Counted from the first letter of the whole stretch, positions 47,317 to 59,975 are shown. The stretch: DNA of 62,244 bases, filler included, from Malassezia furfur (GCA_052055015.1; 24 parts of 24 records of this genome joined end to end with filler, not necessarily neighbours in it); one strand, 5' to 3'. Translations and numbers: made by a program. The notes: a model not told the origin generated them from the sequence alone.

Positions 47317-49185
47317 ATGGCGGACCGCCCCGTGTCGAACCGGAGACGCAACTATGCGCGTGGGGCTGTGGCCGACGTAGCCGACGCGTCCGAGAACCCG
47401 TGGGACGAAGCGCCGGACGCCTCGGAACGCGCGGCGGACGCGTGGCCCGACACGTACACCGACGGCCCGTCGGCGTACGAGGAGTACGCGGACGTGCCGT
47501 CGGCGCGGTACAGCCGCGAGGACCTGTCGACGGCCGGGCGCCCGAGCAACGAGTTCCACGACGCGTACGACGGCGCGGACGCCGCTGACGCCGCGGACGA
47601 CGACAGCACCGCGCACGACGAGCTGCTCGACGACGGGCGCAGCGACGAGGAGCAGCACATGACGAACCTGTACGCGGACGAGCCCGCGGACACGGCGAGC
47701 AGCGCGTACGTGCCGCGTGCGTACGCGGGCGGCGCGCAGCGCGACGTGCAGATCGAGCGCCCCCACACACGCGTGCAGGACTCGTCGCGCTACCACGACA
47801 CGACGCCCGGCGAGGCGTACTACTACGACGAGCGGTACCCCGAGGCGACGGACGACGAGGACGCCGACGCGTTCCCCGCGTTCTTCCACCACTCGGTCGG
47901 CACGTACGGCGAGTACAACCTGCTGGCGCGCTGCTACCTCGAGCTGCGCCAGATGCTCTCGTTTACGCTGACGAGTGTGTCGCTGCTGCTGCTCGGCAAC
48001 CTGGCGTTCGCGAGCTACTTCAACCCGCTGCGCAAGTCGCCGCCGAAGGCGCGGTGCGACCCCGAGTTTGAGCGGCGCGTCACGGGCGAGCGGCTGAGCG
48101 AGCGCGTGGAGTACTATGCGTCGTTCTGGGGCTACCGCTGCGAGGAGTACGAGATCACGACGCGCGCCGGCTGGATCCTCAAGGCGCACCGCATCTCGGA
48201 CCCGCGCCGGCCGGGCGGGCGCGGCTACCCCGTGATTCTGCAGCACGGCATCCTGTGCAACTCGCTCTTCTTCTTCACGAACGAGGAGCGCAGCCTCGGC
48301 TTCTGGCTCGTGGACCAGGGCTTCGACGTGTGGAGCACCAACATCCGCTCCAACTTTGGCGCGGGGCACACGCGCTTCTCGCGCTGGGACCCGCGCTTCT
48401 GGGCGTGGAGTGTGATGGAGCTGGCGTACGACCTGGTCGACGTGGTCGACTTTGTGCTCGACACGACCGGGCACAAGCAGGTCGCGTACGTCGGGCACTC
48501 GCAGGGCACGGGCAGCATGTTCCTCGCGCTGAGCCACGGCAAGTACCCCGAGCTCGGGCACAAGCTCAGCTCGTTCACGGCGCTCGGCCCGGCCGTGTTC
48601 CCCGGCCCGTCGCTGCAGCGCCTGCCGTTCCGGCTGATGCAGATGTTCCAGTCGCGCTTTGCGTGGTCGTTTGTGTTTGGCGTGCGCGACTTTTTCCCGA
48701 TCATCGAGCTCGGCCGCTCGCTGCTGCCGTCGTTTGCGTTCGGCCACCTGGCGTTTCTGGTGTTTGCGTACCTGTTTGACTTCCACGACCACAACTGGGT
48801 CGACCGCCTCAAGCCCAAGATCTTCCGCTCGACGGGCATCCCGACGAGCTCCGAGCTGCTCTACTTCTACATGCGCTCGTTCGTCGGGCGTGGCTGTCTG
48901 TTTGACCCGCGCGTCTCCACGCCGTGGTTCCCGCGCGCCTTCCCGCCGCTGACGATCGTGTACGGCACCACCGACTACCTCGTGCTCGGCAAGCCGCTGG
49001 TCGACCGCCTGCTCAAGTACGAGCGCAACGTCGAGATCGTGCACATCCTCGAGCTCCAGGGCTACGAGCACATGGACATGGTGCTGGGCGTCGATGCGTT
49101 CAAAATCGTATTCCCGCGCATCAAGGACACCATCGTGCGCACCATGGACCCCGAGGATGTCCCGACCAAGGTGCTGCACGGCTGA
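47317..49185 (+). CDS. Alpha/beta-hydrolase lipase / sterol esterase (Tgl1/Yeh-like)
   Basis: Acidic N-terminus, a TM segment, LQHG, GFDVW, FWAWS, nucleophile GHSQG and YEHMD. Confidence 0.9.
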   Translation: MADRPVSNRRRNYARGAVADVADASENPWDEAPDASERAADAWPDTYTDGPSAYEEYADVPSARYSREDLSTAGRPSNEFHDAYDGADAADAADDDSTAHDELLDDGRSDEEQHMTNLYADEPADTASSAYVPRAYAGGAQRDVQIERPHTRVQDSSRYHDTTPGEAYYYDERYPEATDDEDADAFPAFFHHSVGTYGEYNLLARCYLELRQMLSFTLTSVSLLLLGNLAFASYFNPLRKSPPKARCDPEFERRVTGERLSERVEYYASFWGYRCEEYEITTRAGWILKAHRISDPRRPGGRGYPVILQHGILCNSLFFFTNEERSLGFWLVDQGFDVWSTNIRSNFGAGHTRFSRWDPRFWAWSVMELAYDLVDVVDFVLDTTGHKQVAYVGHSQGTGSMFLALSHGKYPELGHKLSSFTALGPAVFPGPSLQRLPFRLMQMFQSRFAWSFVFGVRDFFPIIELGRSLLPSFAFGHLAFLVFAYLFDFHDHNWVDRLKPKIFRSTGIPTSSELLYFYMRSFVGRGCLFDPRVSTPWFPRAFPPLTIVYGTTDYLVLGKPLVDRLLKYERNVEIVHILELQGYEHMDMVLGVDAFKIVFPRIKDTIVRTMDPEDVPTKVLHG

Positions 49186-49576
49186 CCGGCGCGCGGCCCG
49201 CGCGCGCACGGCCGCCTTACCGTAGCGCCGCCGCTCGCGAATGTAATCGAGTTGTTTATTTTTTTTTTGCGAATTCGTTGGGTGTAGTGATTCTCGCTGG
49301 CAAAATACACACGCCCTGCGTGCTACAGAGCTAGGCGTACAAAATACAGCCGCAGCCGCGGCGTAAAGTACAGAAGTGCGGCCTACCACGGGGTCTTGGG
49401 CGCCGCCGCACGCGCGCCGCCGCCGACGCCCGGCGGGATTTCGGCCGAGGCGCCGCCCGGCGCGCCATCGAGCGCCNNNNNNNNNNNNNNNNNNNNNNNN
49501 NNNNNNNNNNNNNNNNNNNNTTAATTAATTAANNNNNNNNNNNNNNNNNNNNNNNNNNNNNNNNNNNNNNNNNNNN

Positions 49577-51453
49577 AGCAGCAGGCGCGGCGGGCGCGGC
49601 AGGGTCGCCAGACGTAGCTGGAGCAGCAGGCACAACGGGCGCAGCGGGCGCGGCTGGCGTCGCTGCCGGCGCGGCGGGTGCCGCCACCGGCTCGGTTGAC
49701 GTGCTCGTGGGTATCGGCGCCTCGGGGCGCAGTGTGCGCTGCAGCGACGGCTGCGACGCATAGTGGTACGGGCGGCCGAGCTCGTTGTAGTCAAATACCG
49801 CCACCGAGCAGTACCCGTCCGTAGACGACATCATGAGCACCTGGCCATCGGGCGACCAGGCGAGGTCGGTGAACGACGCATAGTGCAGGTTGCTGAAGCA
49901 GCACAGCGGTGCAGACTGCTGTGTGTCGTACACCCACACGCTCTCCTGCGTCGCGATCGCATACACCATGCGGTACGGCAGCGCAAACGTCCGTGCGGCA
50001 CCGTCCACACCGAGGGCAGCCGCATGCACCTCGCCATGCGCCAACGGCACGCTGGGCGGCGCGCGTGTCGTGCCGTCCTCGCCACGCAGACGGTACAGGA
50101 TTGGTGAGAAGGCGACGGCCAGCGTCGCCGTCTTGTGCCCCGGGAGGGCTGCAATGGGCGCATGCGACTTTTCAAAGTTGCCGCGCGCATACAGCCATAC
50201 GGCGCTCGTTGTGCTCGCCGCGCGTCCCTCGGCATCCGGCGGTGTGTATTGCCCCGTGGGCGTTGCCAGCAGCGCACCATCCGTCGAAAACGCGAGGCGC
50301 CGGAAGAAGCTGCTGTAGCGGTCGTCGCCGTACAGCTTGTGTGACGACGACGCACCGCCCGGCGTGGCTGCCAGCAGCCGCTCGCGGGGCGACGGCGGCG
50401 CGCGGATCGCAGGGAGCGGTGCTGGCGACGGCGACCGTGTCGGTGCGCGTGTATGGGCGGGCGACGGCGACGGACGCGCCAGCGTCTTGGCCGGAGACGC
50501 CGGCGGACGGGCCGGCGTCTTGGCGGGCGACGCGGGGGGCGGCGCACGCGCGTCGCCCTCGCCCGCACGCTCGTCGCTGCCCGCCTTGGCTGCCACATCG
50601 ACCGACGCATGGCGGCTCACTAACTGTACGTCGCGTGCCGCTTCGTTCTGTGCACGCAGCAGGCGGTACATGTGCACAGCGCGGTCGCTGCTCTGCGTCG
50701 CGAGAAACTCGTTCAGCGGGTCCCACGCGAGGCCCTGTACATAGTGCTGATGGTCGGCAATCTCGCGCACGACGGTGCCGTCGGCAGTATTGATGATGCG
50801 CACCGCAAAGTCGGTTCCGCCGACCGCGAGCTGATCGCCGTCCGGGCTCCACGCCATGTCGTACAGCTCTTGCGACGTGGCGCGGCTCATGAGGCGTACG
50901 CGCCACGCCTCCTTCTCGTACGGCGCCTGAGGGTCGCCGCTCGCGGCGCCTTCGCCAAACGCGGGGCGCAGCTGCTCGCTGCGTATCCAAAACAGGACGG
51001 TGCCGTCGTCGCCCGCGGACGCGAGCACGTCACCGCTCGGCGAGAAGCGCACCACATTCACCACACCCGTGTGCCGCGCAAGCGTCGCGGCATACTCGGC
51101 GCGCGGGGGATGCGCCGCGGCGGCACCGGCGGCCGCCAACGCCGAGGGCGAGGGGATGTGGGGGTGAATGATCCAGATGCGCACATTGTTGTCGCCGCCG
51201 GCAGTCGCGAGGCGCCAGCTCTGCCCGCCTGCGAGGATGGGCGCGTGGGTCTCGCTGGCGGCCTCGCTGCCTTCGCCAGGCAAAGCACGTCCGGGTGGGA
51301 GTCCGGCCGCTGGGCGTTAGAGGGCGACCTACCTTGCCCGAGATTATGGTCCAACACTTTCGCGAGACGCCCCGGCGCGATCGGCTGGAACGCACACGAG
51401 TAGATGGGCAGCGTATCGTGCCATCGTATCTCGAACGTCACGCAGCGCACCAT
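49577..51453 (-). CDS. CAC2: Chromatin assembly factor 1 subunit B (WD40), 3' truncated
   Basis: EIRWHD..PIYS, LATAGGDNNVRIW, HYVQGLAWDP, FFRRLAFS, LPYRMVYAIAT and SSTDGYCS. 23-nt intron at 51310-51332. Confidence 0.93.
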
Positions 51454-51506
51454 TGTCGGCGCGACACGGTGCGGTCGAGACGCGACACGGCACTTCGGCC
51501 GATGCA

Positions 51507-52051
51507 CTACGACTCTACGGGGCGTTGAGGCAGCTGTGGAGGCGCCTTGCCGCTGGCCGCGGGCTGGCGGCGGCGCACGCGCAGCTGTGCGTCGATCATG
51601 CCCAGGCCCGTGACAAACTGCGTCTGCGTCAGGCCGGCACACGCTGCGTCGCCGCCGGACACCGACCGCCAGATCTCGGCAAGGTCCGCAGTGGCGAGCT
51701 TCGAACGTGTCCACACAGAGCGCACCGCGGCTGGGCGCACCACAGGGGGTTCGCTCGTGGGGTCGACGACCGCATTGAAGCACGCAAGGTAGCGGGATGT
51801 AGCATTCGACGATGCGCGCGAGCCGGACAGTGTCCGCGCCGGTACCGTAGGAGCCGGCCGACGTGCACGTTCGCTCGCCGGAGTAGGCCCGGGCGCAGCA
51901 GCGGCCGTGCGTGGGGCTTGGTCGCGAGTCTGGGGCGACTGCGGCCGCGATGCCGCTGGGGATGCTGCCGCTTCCGCTTGGGAGCCCGGACGCGATGGCA
52001 GCTCGGGCTTCGCTCCGAGACTCGAGGGTTTGGGGCGGGGCGTAACGGCTG
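51507..52051 (-). CDS. EH-domain protein, Irs4/Tax4-like C-terminal fragment
   Basis: RYLACF..VRSVWTRSKL..LAEIW..LTQTQFVTGLGMIDAQL. Confidence 0.75.
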
Positions 52052-52151
52052 NNNNNNNNNNNNNNNNNNNNNNNNNNNNNNNNNNNNNNNNNNNNTTAAT
52101 TAATTAANNNNNNNNNNNNNNNNNNNNNNNNNNNNNNNNNNNNNNNNNNNN

Positions 52152-52273
52152 AGGCGCCGCCGAGCGCCGCGCGGCGCAGCGACGCCGGCCGCGGCGACGA
52201 ACTCGTCTCGGGGTCGGCCTCGGCGCACCGCTTCAAAAAAGCGATGCGGTCGCAGCGGCGAAAGACGCGCTAA
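52152..52273 (+). CDS. 3' end of an unknown gene (...AHRFKKAMRSQRRKTR*)
   Basis: Open frame ending in TAA at 52271-52273, convergent on DNM1. Confidence 0.4.
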
Positions 52274-52311
52274 GCAGGTGCAGTGGCGCGGTGCGGGGCC
52301 TATTCTATACC

Positions 52312-54616
52312 CTATGTACTCGTAGGCTTGAACGTGATTTCCGACAAAACGTTGAACCCCTCCTTGTAGGCGTCGAGCAGGGCCTGGACGCGCTGGCGCT
52401 CCTTGGTGAGCGCTTCGTCCTCGTGCAGGAGCGACTCAAAGAGGTTCTCCTTGTACAGGTTGATCACCAGCCGGTTCTGTACCGTGTCGCGCGAGAAGTT
52501 GACGAGCAGGTGCATCACCGCCTTGGGCACGAGGTCCTGGATCGAGAGGCGCACAATGTTGAAGTAGGACGTGATCAGCTGGCGGATCAAGTTGACCTCC
52601 ACCGCCTCGCGCTCCGACAGCGCACGCTCGTCGTCCGGGATCGCATCCGACTGGAGGTAGTGGTCCAGGCTCTTCATGTCGAACGCGGCGCTGCTGCCCT
52701 CGAGGCCCCCGCGGCCCGCGAGCAGGTTGGGCTTCTGTTCCCCGAGGCGCGTGTGCAGCCCAAAGTTGGACGCACTGCCGCTCGGCTCGTGCAGCGGCAG
52801 GCTGCTTGGGCCGCCAAAGAAATAGTTCAAGAACGACTCGCGCTGGCCGTTGGGGCCGAGCGCATCGCTCCCAGCGTCGCTCGCATCGTGAGGGCGCGCG
52901 CGGTGTGCGCCAGGGCGCGCGTGCGACGAGGGTGCATCGCGGTGCGCGCCGTTCACGGCGACCGTGCGCGTGTTCCGCGCATGCTCCGACTCGTCCTCGG
53001 ACGGCGCATTGCTCACATCCACGTCCGAGTCCACCGACGTCTCGTGGCGCGGCGGCTTGTGGGGCGCGGCAAGCGGCTTGGCCGGCGCGCCGCGCATGTG
53101 CATCGCGATCGACGCCGAATCCTGCACGAAGGTGGGGTGGTTCGTGTTGATGTAGGCAGCCTGGATGTCGATCAGGCTCTGCACGTATTCGGACGTGGGC
53201 CCCAGGCGCTCGCGCAGCAAGTCCGACACCACCTCGATCAGCTGGGCGTGCAGGCGGGGGAAGCGCTGCAGCTCGGTGCTGGTGCAGTTGTGGCAGATCT
53301 TCATCAGCTCCTCGTACACCAGCTCAACACACCGCAGGCTCGGCGGCTCGAGCAGCTTGATCTGCGGCTTAATCAGCAGCTCGAACGCGGCCTCGGGCAC
53401 AAACAGGCTGGGGCGCGGGCCGGTCGAGTTGCGGATCGCCGTGCGAATGTCCTGCACGGTGAGGTTCTGCACGGGGTTGATTGAGCCGAGCGCCTGGCCG
53501 AATACGTCCTGGAAGATGTAGTAGACACGCGCGCCGCCACACAGCTCCTTGGTCGAGATATCAAACGAGGTGCCCTCGATCGACGCCACAAAGTCGCGCG
53601 CAAACTGCGTCATGAGCTTGAGGATGAGCGTGCCGCGGTGCTCGTGGCCCATAAAGGCCACGTCGCCAAACGACGCAAGCTCCTGCTGCGCCTGGCCCAT
53701 GAGCGTGTTCAGCCGCGCCTTCATGTCAGGCAGGCGGTCGCGGATGTGGCTCATGAGTACCTGGTTCAGCGTCTTGGCCAGGAATTTGGTGCCGCAGCGG
53801 TGCGCAATGTTGCGGTACGCGGGGTGCGACCGGAAGAACTCCTCCTCGCTGCGCCGCGCCATGTCGAGCGGCACGTTGCTGTTGATGTCTTGCTGCGAGC
53901 GGTTCACCACACCGACAAACCCGAGCTTGAGCGGGTAGATGCGCCCGGTCAGAATATCAAGTGCGTTGGTGCCCGAGTCCATCAGGTCGAGCTTGGTGAG
54001 CACACCAATCGTGCGCTTGCCCTGCGGGTCGACGCTCCGCGCGAGCTTCAGGCTGTCCGAGTTGGCCAGGTCGACGTTCGCGGGGCTCACCGCCATAATA
54101 ATGCAGTTCGGCTTTGAGATGTAGTCGGTCACCAGCGACCGGATCTGGCGCTCAATGTCCGACGGCTGGTCGCCCACCGGGATCTTGGTCAGGCCGGGCA
54201 GGTCGACGAGCGTCAGGTTGATCACATTGGGGCTGTAGATCTTCAGGTGGATGGGCTGCTTAGAGATGCCCTTGTTCTGCCCCGCCACACGGAAGGTCTC
54301 GTTCTCAATCTCGTTGCGAATTGACGCAAAGTCGGTGAAGCGGCGGTCGATGTGCAAAAACTCGCCGTATTCCTCCGGGTGCATGCGCGCGCCATCCGTC
54401 GATGGCACATGGATCAGCTGCAGCACCAGCGGACGGCGCGTCACGATCCCACTGCCGCGCGGCAAAAAGTCCCGGCCTACAATCCTGCGGTCAGTACAGC
54501 GCACACGCACGTCTCCAGCACACTCGACTTGCCGGACGACTGCGACCCGACGACGACACACTGTGGCAAATCCACACTGTGCCCGCCGATCGCAGTAAAC
54601 GTCTCTTGCAGCCTAT
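52312..54616 (-). CDS. DNM1: Dynamin-related GTPase Dnm1 (first codons missing)
   Basis: [39 protein letters not shown] and a GED. 26-nt intron at 54485-54510. Confidence 0.93.
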
Positions 54617-54716
54617 NNNNNNNNNNNNNNNNNNNNNNNNNNNNNNNNNNNNNNNNNNNNTTAATTAATTAANNNNNNNNNNNNNNNNNNNNNNNNNNNN
54701 NNNNNNNNNNNNNNNN

Positions 54717-54786
54717 CGCCGCCGCGCGGCACGAGATCGAGCCGCGCGAGCGCCGTGCGCACCGCCGTCGCCCCGCCCTCGTCCAT
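54717..54786 (-). CDS. Possible 5' fragment of an unknown gene (MDEGGATAVRTALARLDLV...)
   Basis: ATG at 54786 divergent from the next gene, open to the contig end. Confidence 0.35.
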
Positions 54787-54842
54787 CCACGACGACGCAC
54801 GTGGAGAAGCCGGCTCCTTCACCCGCCGCGACGCACCGACCG

Positions 54843-55510
54843 ATGCCCCCGACGGGCACGGGCAAAGCGCGCGCGCGCGCGCGCGACGCGCCGATCGACC
54901 CGAGGGTACGCACCACGCGCTCACACAGATCCCCAAGGGCGCCAACGTGAAGCGCAGCATCTACTATGACCCGGTATGGAACCCGTACGGCGCACCGCCG
55001 CCGGGCATGCCGTACAAGGAGCGCTGTACGTGTGCCACTGACGCAGCCCCGACGCCGGACCCGTACGCGGTGAGCGACGCGCCCTCTGCAAAGAGCAAGG
55101 CGCCTACAAAGAGCGACGCGCCGCCCAAGCCCGCGGAAGACGACAGCGACGACGACATCGCCCTGCCGACCGCACCGCGGCCGCCGTCCGACGACGACTC
55201 GGACGACGACATCGTCATGCCCGCGGGGCCGCCGCCGCCCGAGGCGCGCGTCGCGCCGCCGATGCCGATCGTGCAGCCGCGCATCGCCGCGCCGCGTGCG
55301 CAGCCCGAGACCGTCGCGCCCGTGCGCTACGAGGCGCCGCCCACCACGCGCAAGCATAGCCCCCCGGCGCCCGAGACCGACGACGCGCCGGACGACGCGC
55401 CATCCGCCGACGCGACCACCATCTCGGCCGCGCCACAGCTCCGCGCGTTCCAGCACGACGCGACCACCTTTGTGCCCACGTCGGTGCGCAAGCGCGCGCG
55501 CCAGCGATAG
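54843..55510 (+). CDS. WBP11-like proline-rich splicing-associated protein (short form)
   Basis: RSIYYDPVWNPYGAPPPGMPY and SAAPQLR..EAT-like..FVPTSV. Introns 54906-54928 (23 nt) and 55026-55046 (21 nt). Confidence 0.7.
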
Positions 55511-55542
55511 TCACGTGATAGCGCGACGCGGTGTTGTTCGCC

Positions 55543-57164
55543 ATGCACGACGTCGGCGCCGCGGCTACGGCGCCCACGCCGCACACGCCGCCGCGCCGCG
55601 CGATGTGGACACCGTCGCCCCGCAGACACAAGCGGTGGGACACGTCGCCGTACACGGCCCGCGCGGTCCAGAGCGCCCAGCCTCTGCGCACGCTTCCCAC
55701 CGTGCCCGACGAAGCGCCGGCCGTGCCGCATGCGCGCACGCGCCCGCTCCCCCCGGTGCCTGCGCCGCTCGCGGAGAACGCGGGCGTCCTGCTGCCATCC
55801 ACGCCACAGCGCGTGCGCCCGGCATCCCCGGCGCCGGAGCGCACCATCTTTTTCGGAACACCCACGACACCCGAGCAGTGTGCGGTAGGAGCGCTCGGCG
55901 GCGGTGCACCGACGTCGCTGTACGACCGCGTCACGCCGCCCCTGCCGCATACACCGAGCTCGGACGACGGCTCACCAGGTATGGCACGCGCCGCGTCGCC
56001 GACCAACGCACACGTCGTGCACCGCTCGCTGGTCCGCGAGGCGCTCGGCGACGTCTCCAACTCGCCGCGGCGTTCCCCGCTGCGTGCCAGTGCCTCGCCG
56101 GACGACAAGCCGCGCGCGACAAGCACACCGTTGCGTACGCCTTCACGCGCATCGTCCCCACACGCGCTCACGCCCGTGCAGTCGCTGCTGCACGACTGGG
56201 CCGCCGCACGGTTCGCACCGACGCCGCAGCGCACGCCGGGCGTATCCCTGCTGCGTACGCGTGTGCCGGTGCGGCCGGCCCACCACGACGTGTACACGTC
56301 GCCCGTGCGTGCCGCGCCGACGTCCCTGAGCCCGGAGCGCTCCTCGGCCAGTACACCCCGCGCCGCGAGTGCGCCCAGCGCCGCGCCAAGTCCCGCAGGG
56401 TGGGCGCCCGGCCGTTCGGTCGTGCGCCGCACGCCCTTTACACAGGAGCGCGTGCCGCCGCAGCGCGTCGTGGTGCCGCTACCTGCGCCCCCGTCGCCGT
56501 CCAAGGACGCCGCAGTCCACACTGCGGGGACGAGCGGGGCGGTCCATGCGGCGGAACCGACCACGGCCGGCACGGCGCACCATGCGGGCACGACCAGTGC
56601 GGCCAGCACGGCGCACGAGACGGGGCCGGTGAGCGCGCCGGGAACCACCCTCCCGGCCGACACCGTGGGCCCCACTCCGACGCCGGCGCCCGAGCGGAGC
56701 GCACGCCTGGCACGCCCAGCGCGCTATACCAGCCACGTTCCGGCGACGCGCGTGTGGGACAGCCCGGAAAAGAGTGCAAAACGCGCGCGGTATGCCTCGC
56801 CCGGTGCGCCCGGTGCGCCCGGTGTCGGCGCTAGTGTCGGCGCTAGTGCCGTTGCTAGTGCCGCCGCCAGTGCTGGGCCCAGTGCCGCGCCACCGAGCGC
56901 CGCCGCACGGCCCGCTACGGCCCGCCGCGTCCCGGTGGAGCGCGCAGCCGTCGCTACGCGTGCGCCGCGGACCACTGGCGCCGTACGTACGACACGGCAC
57001 AGTGCCCGTCCGGCGCTGGGCGCCGCTGGGCCACGTACGCCCGCGCCCATCCCCACCGAGGTCGCGCCTGTGCCCGCGCCGGCGCCCCTAGAGGCGGTGG
57101 CCGCCGTGCCGTCGAGGCCCGCCGAGACGCCCGTGCCCGCCCCTGCGTCTGCGCCGCCCTCGGC
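55543..57164 (+). CDS. Low-complexity Pro/Ser/Thr-rich protein with many S/T-P sites (3' truncated)
   Basis: Long open frame with numerous TP/SP motifs and no recognisable domain. Confidence 0.6.
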
Positions 57165-57264
57165 NNNNNNNNNNNNNNNNNNNNNNNNNNNNNNNNNNNN
57201 NNNNNNNNTTAATTAATTAANNNNNNNNNNNNNNNNNNNNNNNNNNNNNNNNNNNNNNNNNNNN

Positions 57265-58277
57265 CGCCCGGCCGCGGGCGCGAGGCACGCACGCGCTACC
57301 TCGAGATGCAGCTCGACAAGCACCGCCGCGCCGCGGAGCAGTCGCGCGCCGCCTACGAGGAGCTCAAGCTGCGCACCGACGCCGAGCTCGACCGCGGGCG
57401 GCAGCAGCGCGAGGTCGCGCAGCGCTGGGCGGACGAGTGGCGCCGCCTCGTCGCGCGGCTCGAGCAGCAGGACCGCTTCTGTGCGCGCGTGCTCGGCAAG
57501 GACGACGGGCGCGAGGAGATGGACGAGCTGCTCTCGCAGATCAAGGCGCCGGCGCTCGCCGGCGCACGGCCCGCCGCGGCGCTCGCGGAGCGGTCGCAGG
57601 CGGCCGTCGACGAGTTTGAGCGGCTCATCGCGCAGCTCGAGGAGCACATCAGCGACATGGCCGAGGGCCTCGCGCGCGCCGGCGCCAGCGGCCTCGGCGG
57701 CAACGTCATTGCGCAGCTCGAGGACCAGATCGAGGATCTGCAGGCGCAGCTCGCGGCGCGCGACGCCGATGTCGCCGCGCTCGCCACGGCCGACGGCGCA
57801 CGCGGCGCCGAAGCGCACGTCGCCCTGTGCGTCTACAGCCTCGCGATGCTCAGCGCGCTGCTCCCCGCGCAGGACGCACTGGCGCTGAGCATGTCGCTGC
57901 CGCTCCCGGCGGTGCATGCGCTGTTTGCGCCGGACGGCGCCGCGACGCCCGGCGCGCTCGACGCGATGCAGACGGCACACGGCGCGCCGTTTGCGCACGC
58001 CGCCGACCTCCTCCACGCCAGCGGCGACGCACGCCGCGCCGAGAGCCGCGCATGGGTCGCGCGCGTGCGCGAGGTGCTGCATGCCCTCCCGCCCGCGCTC
58101 GCGGACGCCGTGCCGGCGCTGCTCGCCGACGTGTTTGCGCGGCTCGTCGCGACGCTCAACACCAGCGAAATGGTCACTGAGCGCGCCATGGTCCTCGAAG
58201 AGTCGCTGCACCGCTTCGCCGACTCGGCGCCGGTGACGCCCATGCCGGACAGCGGCGAGTTCGACTCGTCCACGTAG
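57265..58277 (+). CDS. Coiled-coil protein, C-terminal fragment (possibly Uds1-like)
   Basis: Heptad-rich segments and GLGGNVIAQLEDQIEDL. The family call is tentative. Confidence 0.6.
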
Positions 58278-58508
58278 CGCAGCGCAACAGAATAGGGTGG
58301 TAGGTCCACAAAAACAACGCTACGGACAAGAGAAACGAGCGCCGAGCGGAGCGCCGCGTGCACTAGGGTAGGGGAGGGGAGGGAGTGCCTGGGGCGACGC
58401 AGCAGCTGGAGAGCCCGGGGGGAACGAACGTGGCGGGCCCCGGGGAACAGGCGGCCGGCGCGACCCGGGGCCAGGCCCCTCGCGGCGGCCACCGGCCGGC
58501 CCGCCGCC

Positions 58509-59111
58509 CTACCGCTCCTCCTCGCTCCAGTCCTCCTCGGGAAACTCGCCGACGGTCACCATCGCGGGGCGCACCATGCCGCCGTACTGCGGCAGCGCGG
58601 TAAAGTAGCGCTCGCCCTGCACGCTCCCGTCGTTCTTGCCCACCGGCTCGTCGTACACCACGCCGACCCACGTGCCCGGCGCAAAGGCCGTGGGGCCGAC
58701 GTACGCAATCGTGCCGCGCCGCGCAAACGACGCGTCGCGCGCGACCTCGCAGCGCGCGCCGACCACAAGGTCCGGGCGCACGGGCTCGGCGGCGCGCGCG
58801 GCGGCCTCGGGCGCAAAGCGGCCGAGCTGGTGCGCCTGCTTGAACGCGCGCACCGAGTCGCGCCGCGCCGCGTACGCCTCGTCGCTCATCTCGTACTTCT
58901 CGACGTCGTCGGGGAGCACGGCGCCACGTGCGTCGTCCACACGCAGCAGCATGCCGTCCTGGACGCCCCACGCCGCGAGCGGCGCGGCGGGCGGCACGCC
59001 CGTCACGCGCTCGATGCGCGCCGCCACGTCGTCCCACGCCGCGTCGCGCGGCCAGACACGCTCGCCGAGCGTGTGTGTGCTCGGGGCATACACCCACACG
59101 CGCACCGCCAT
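58509..59111 (-). CDS. ALF1: Tubulin-folding cofactor B (Ubl plus CAP-Gly)
   Basis: VEKYEMSDEAYAARRDSV, CAP-Gly WVGVVYDEPVGKNDGSV and terminal VGEFPEED. Confidence 0.92.
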   Translation of the reverse strand: MAVRVWVYAPSTHTLGERVWPRDAAWDDVAARIERVTGVPPAAPLAAWGVQDGMLLRVDDARGAVLPDDVEKYEMSDEAYAARRDSVRAFKQAHQLGRFAPEAAARAAEPVRPDLVVGARCEVARDASFARRGTIAYVGPTAFAPGTWVGVVYDEPVGKNDGSVQGERYFTALPQYGGMVRPAMVTVGEFPEEDWSEEER

Positions 59112-59161
59112 GGTCTTCGCGCGTGGAGGTGGAGGCGCGCGCCTTTGCGTTGCGCGCTGCC

Positions 59162-59706
59162 ATGCCCGGCGAAGACGCGCTGGCGCTCGTGCACGAGGCG
59201 AAGCTGAGCCGCGCGACGGGCGCGCTGCGGCCGTACAAGTACGTGGCATGCTCACCCAGTGCGGAGCTCGTGCGACTCGTGCTCCTCGAGACGCGGCAGC
59301 TGCACCAGCAGCTCGTCCCGCTCGCCGACGCGGCGCGCGCCCAGTCCGCGGAGGGCGCGGCGCGCGCCGACCCCGCGCTTGCGGCGCAGCTCGTGGCGCT
59401 GCACCTCCAGGCGTACCGCAACAAGCGGTGCCTGCTCGTGTACCACGCCGAGCGCCTCGCGTGGCTCAAGCAGCGCGTCTGGGACAAGGCCGGGGCGCTG
59501 CCGCTCGTGCTCGACGAGGAGGCGGCCGCGGGCGCCGAGGTCGTGTCGCTGCGCCCGCTGCTGAGCCATGCAGAGCTCGCGTGGCTGCGCGCGTACACGG
59601 GGCTGCTCGGCCTGTACAAGGAGACCTACCTCGACGTTTTGGACGTCACCCTGCCGCTGGCCACGGGCGCCGCACGCGCGCGCTCGGACGCGGCGGTGCC
59701 CGCGCG
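59162..59706 (+). CDS. PSF1: GINS complex subunit Psf1 (3' truncated)
   Basis: ALALVHEAK, RNKRCLLVYHAER and LSHAE..YK. 21-nt intron at 59239-59259. Confidence 0.88.
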
Positions 59707-59806
59707 NNNNNNNNNNNNNNNNNNNNNNNNNNNNNNNNNNNNNNNNNNNNTTAATTAATTAANNNNNNNNNNNNNNNNNNNNNNNNNNNNNNNNNNNNNN
59801 NNNNNN

Positions 59807-59975
59807 CCGGCGCCGCTTTGCTTGTGGACGCTGCGGGCGACGCTTTGCTCGTGGACGCTGCCGGCGCCGCTTTGCTTGTGGACGCTGCGGGCGACGCTTT
59901 GCTCGTGGACGCTGCGGGCGACGCTTGACTTGTGCATGCCGCAGGCGACGCTTGGCTCGTGCGTGCCGCGGGCGA
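59807..59975 (-). repeat. Coding 27-nt tandem repeat (A[S/A]PAASTS[K/Q]), about 6 copies
   Basis: Repeated gacgctttgct(c/t)gtggacgctgc units running into the contig end. Confidence 0.88.
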
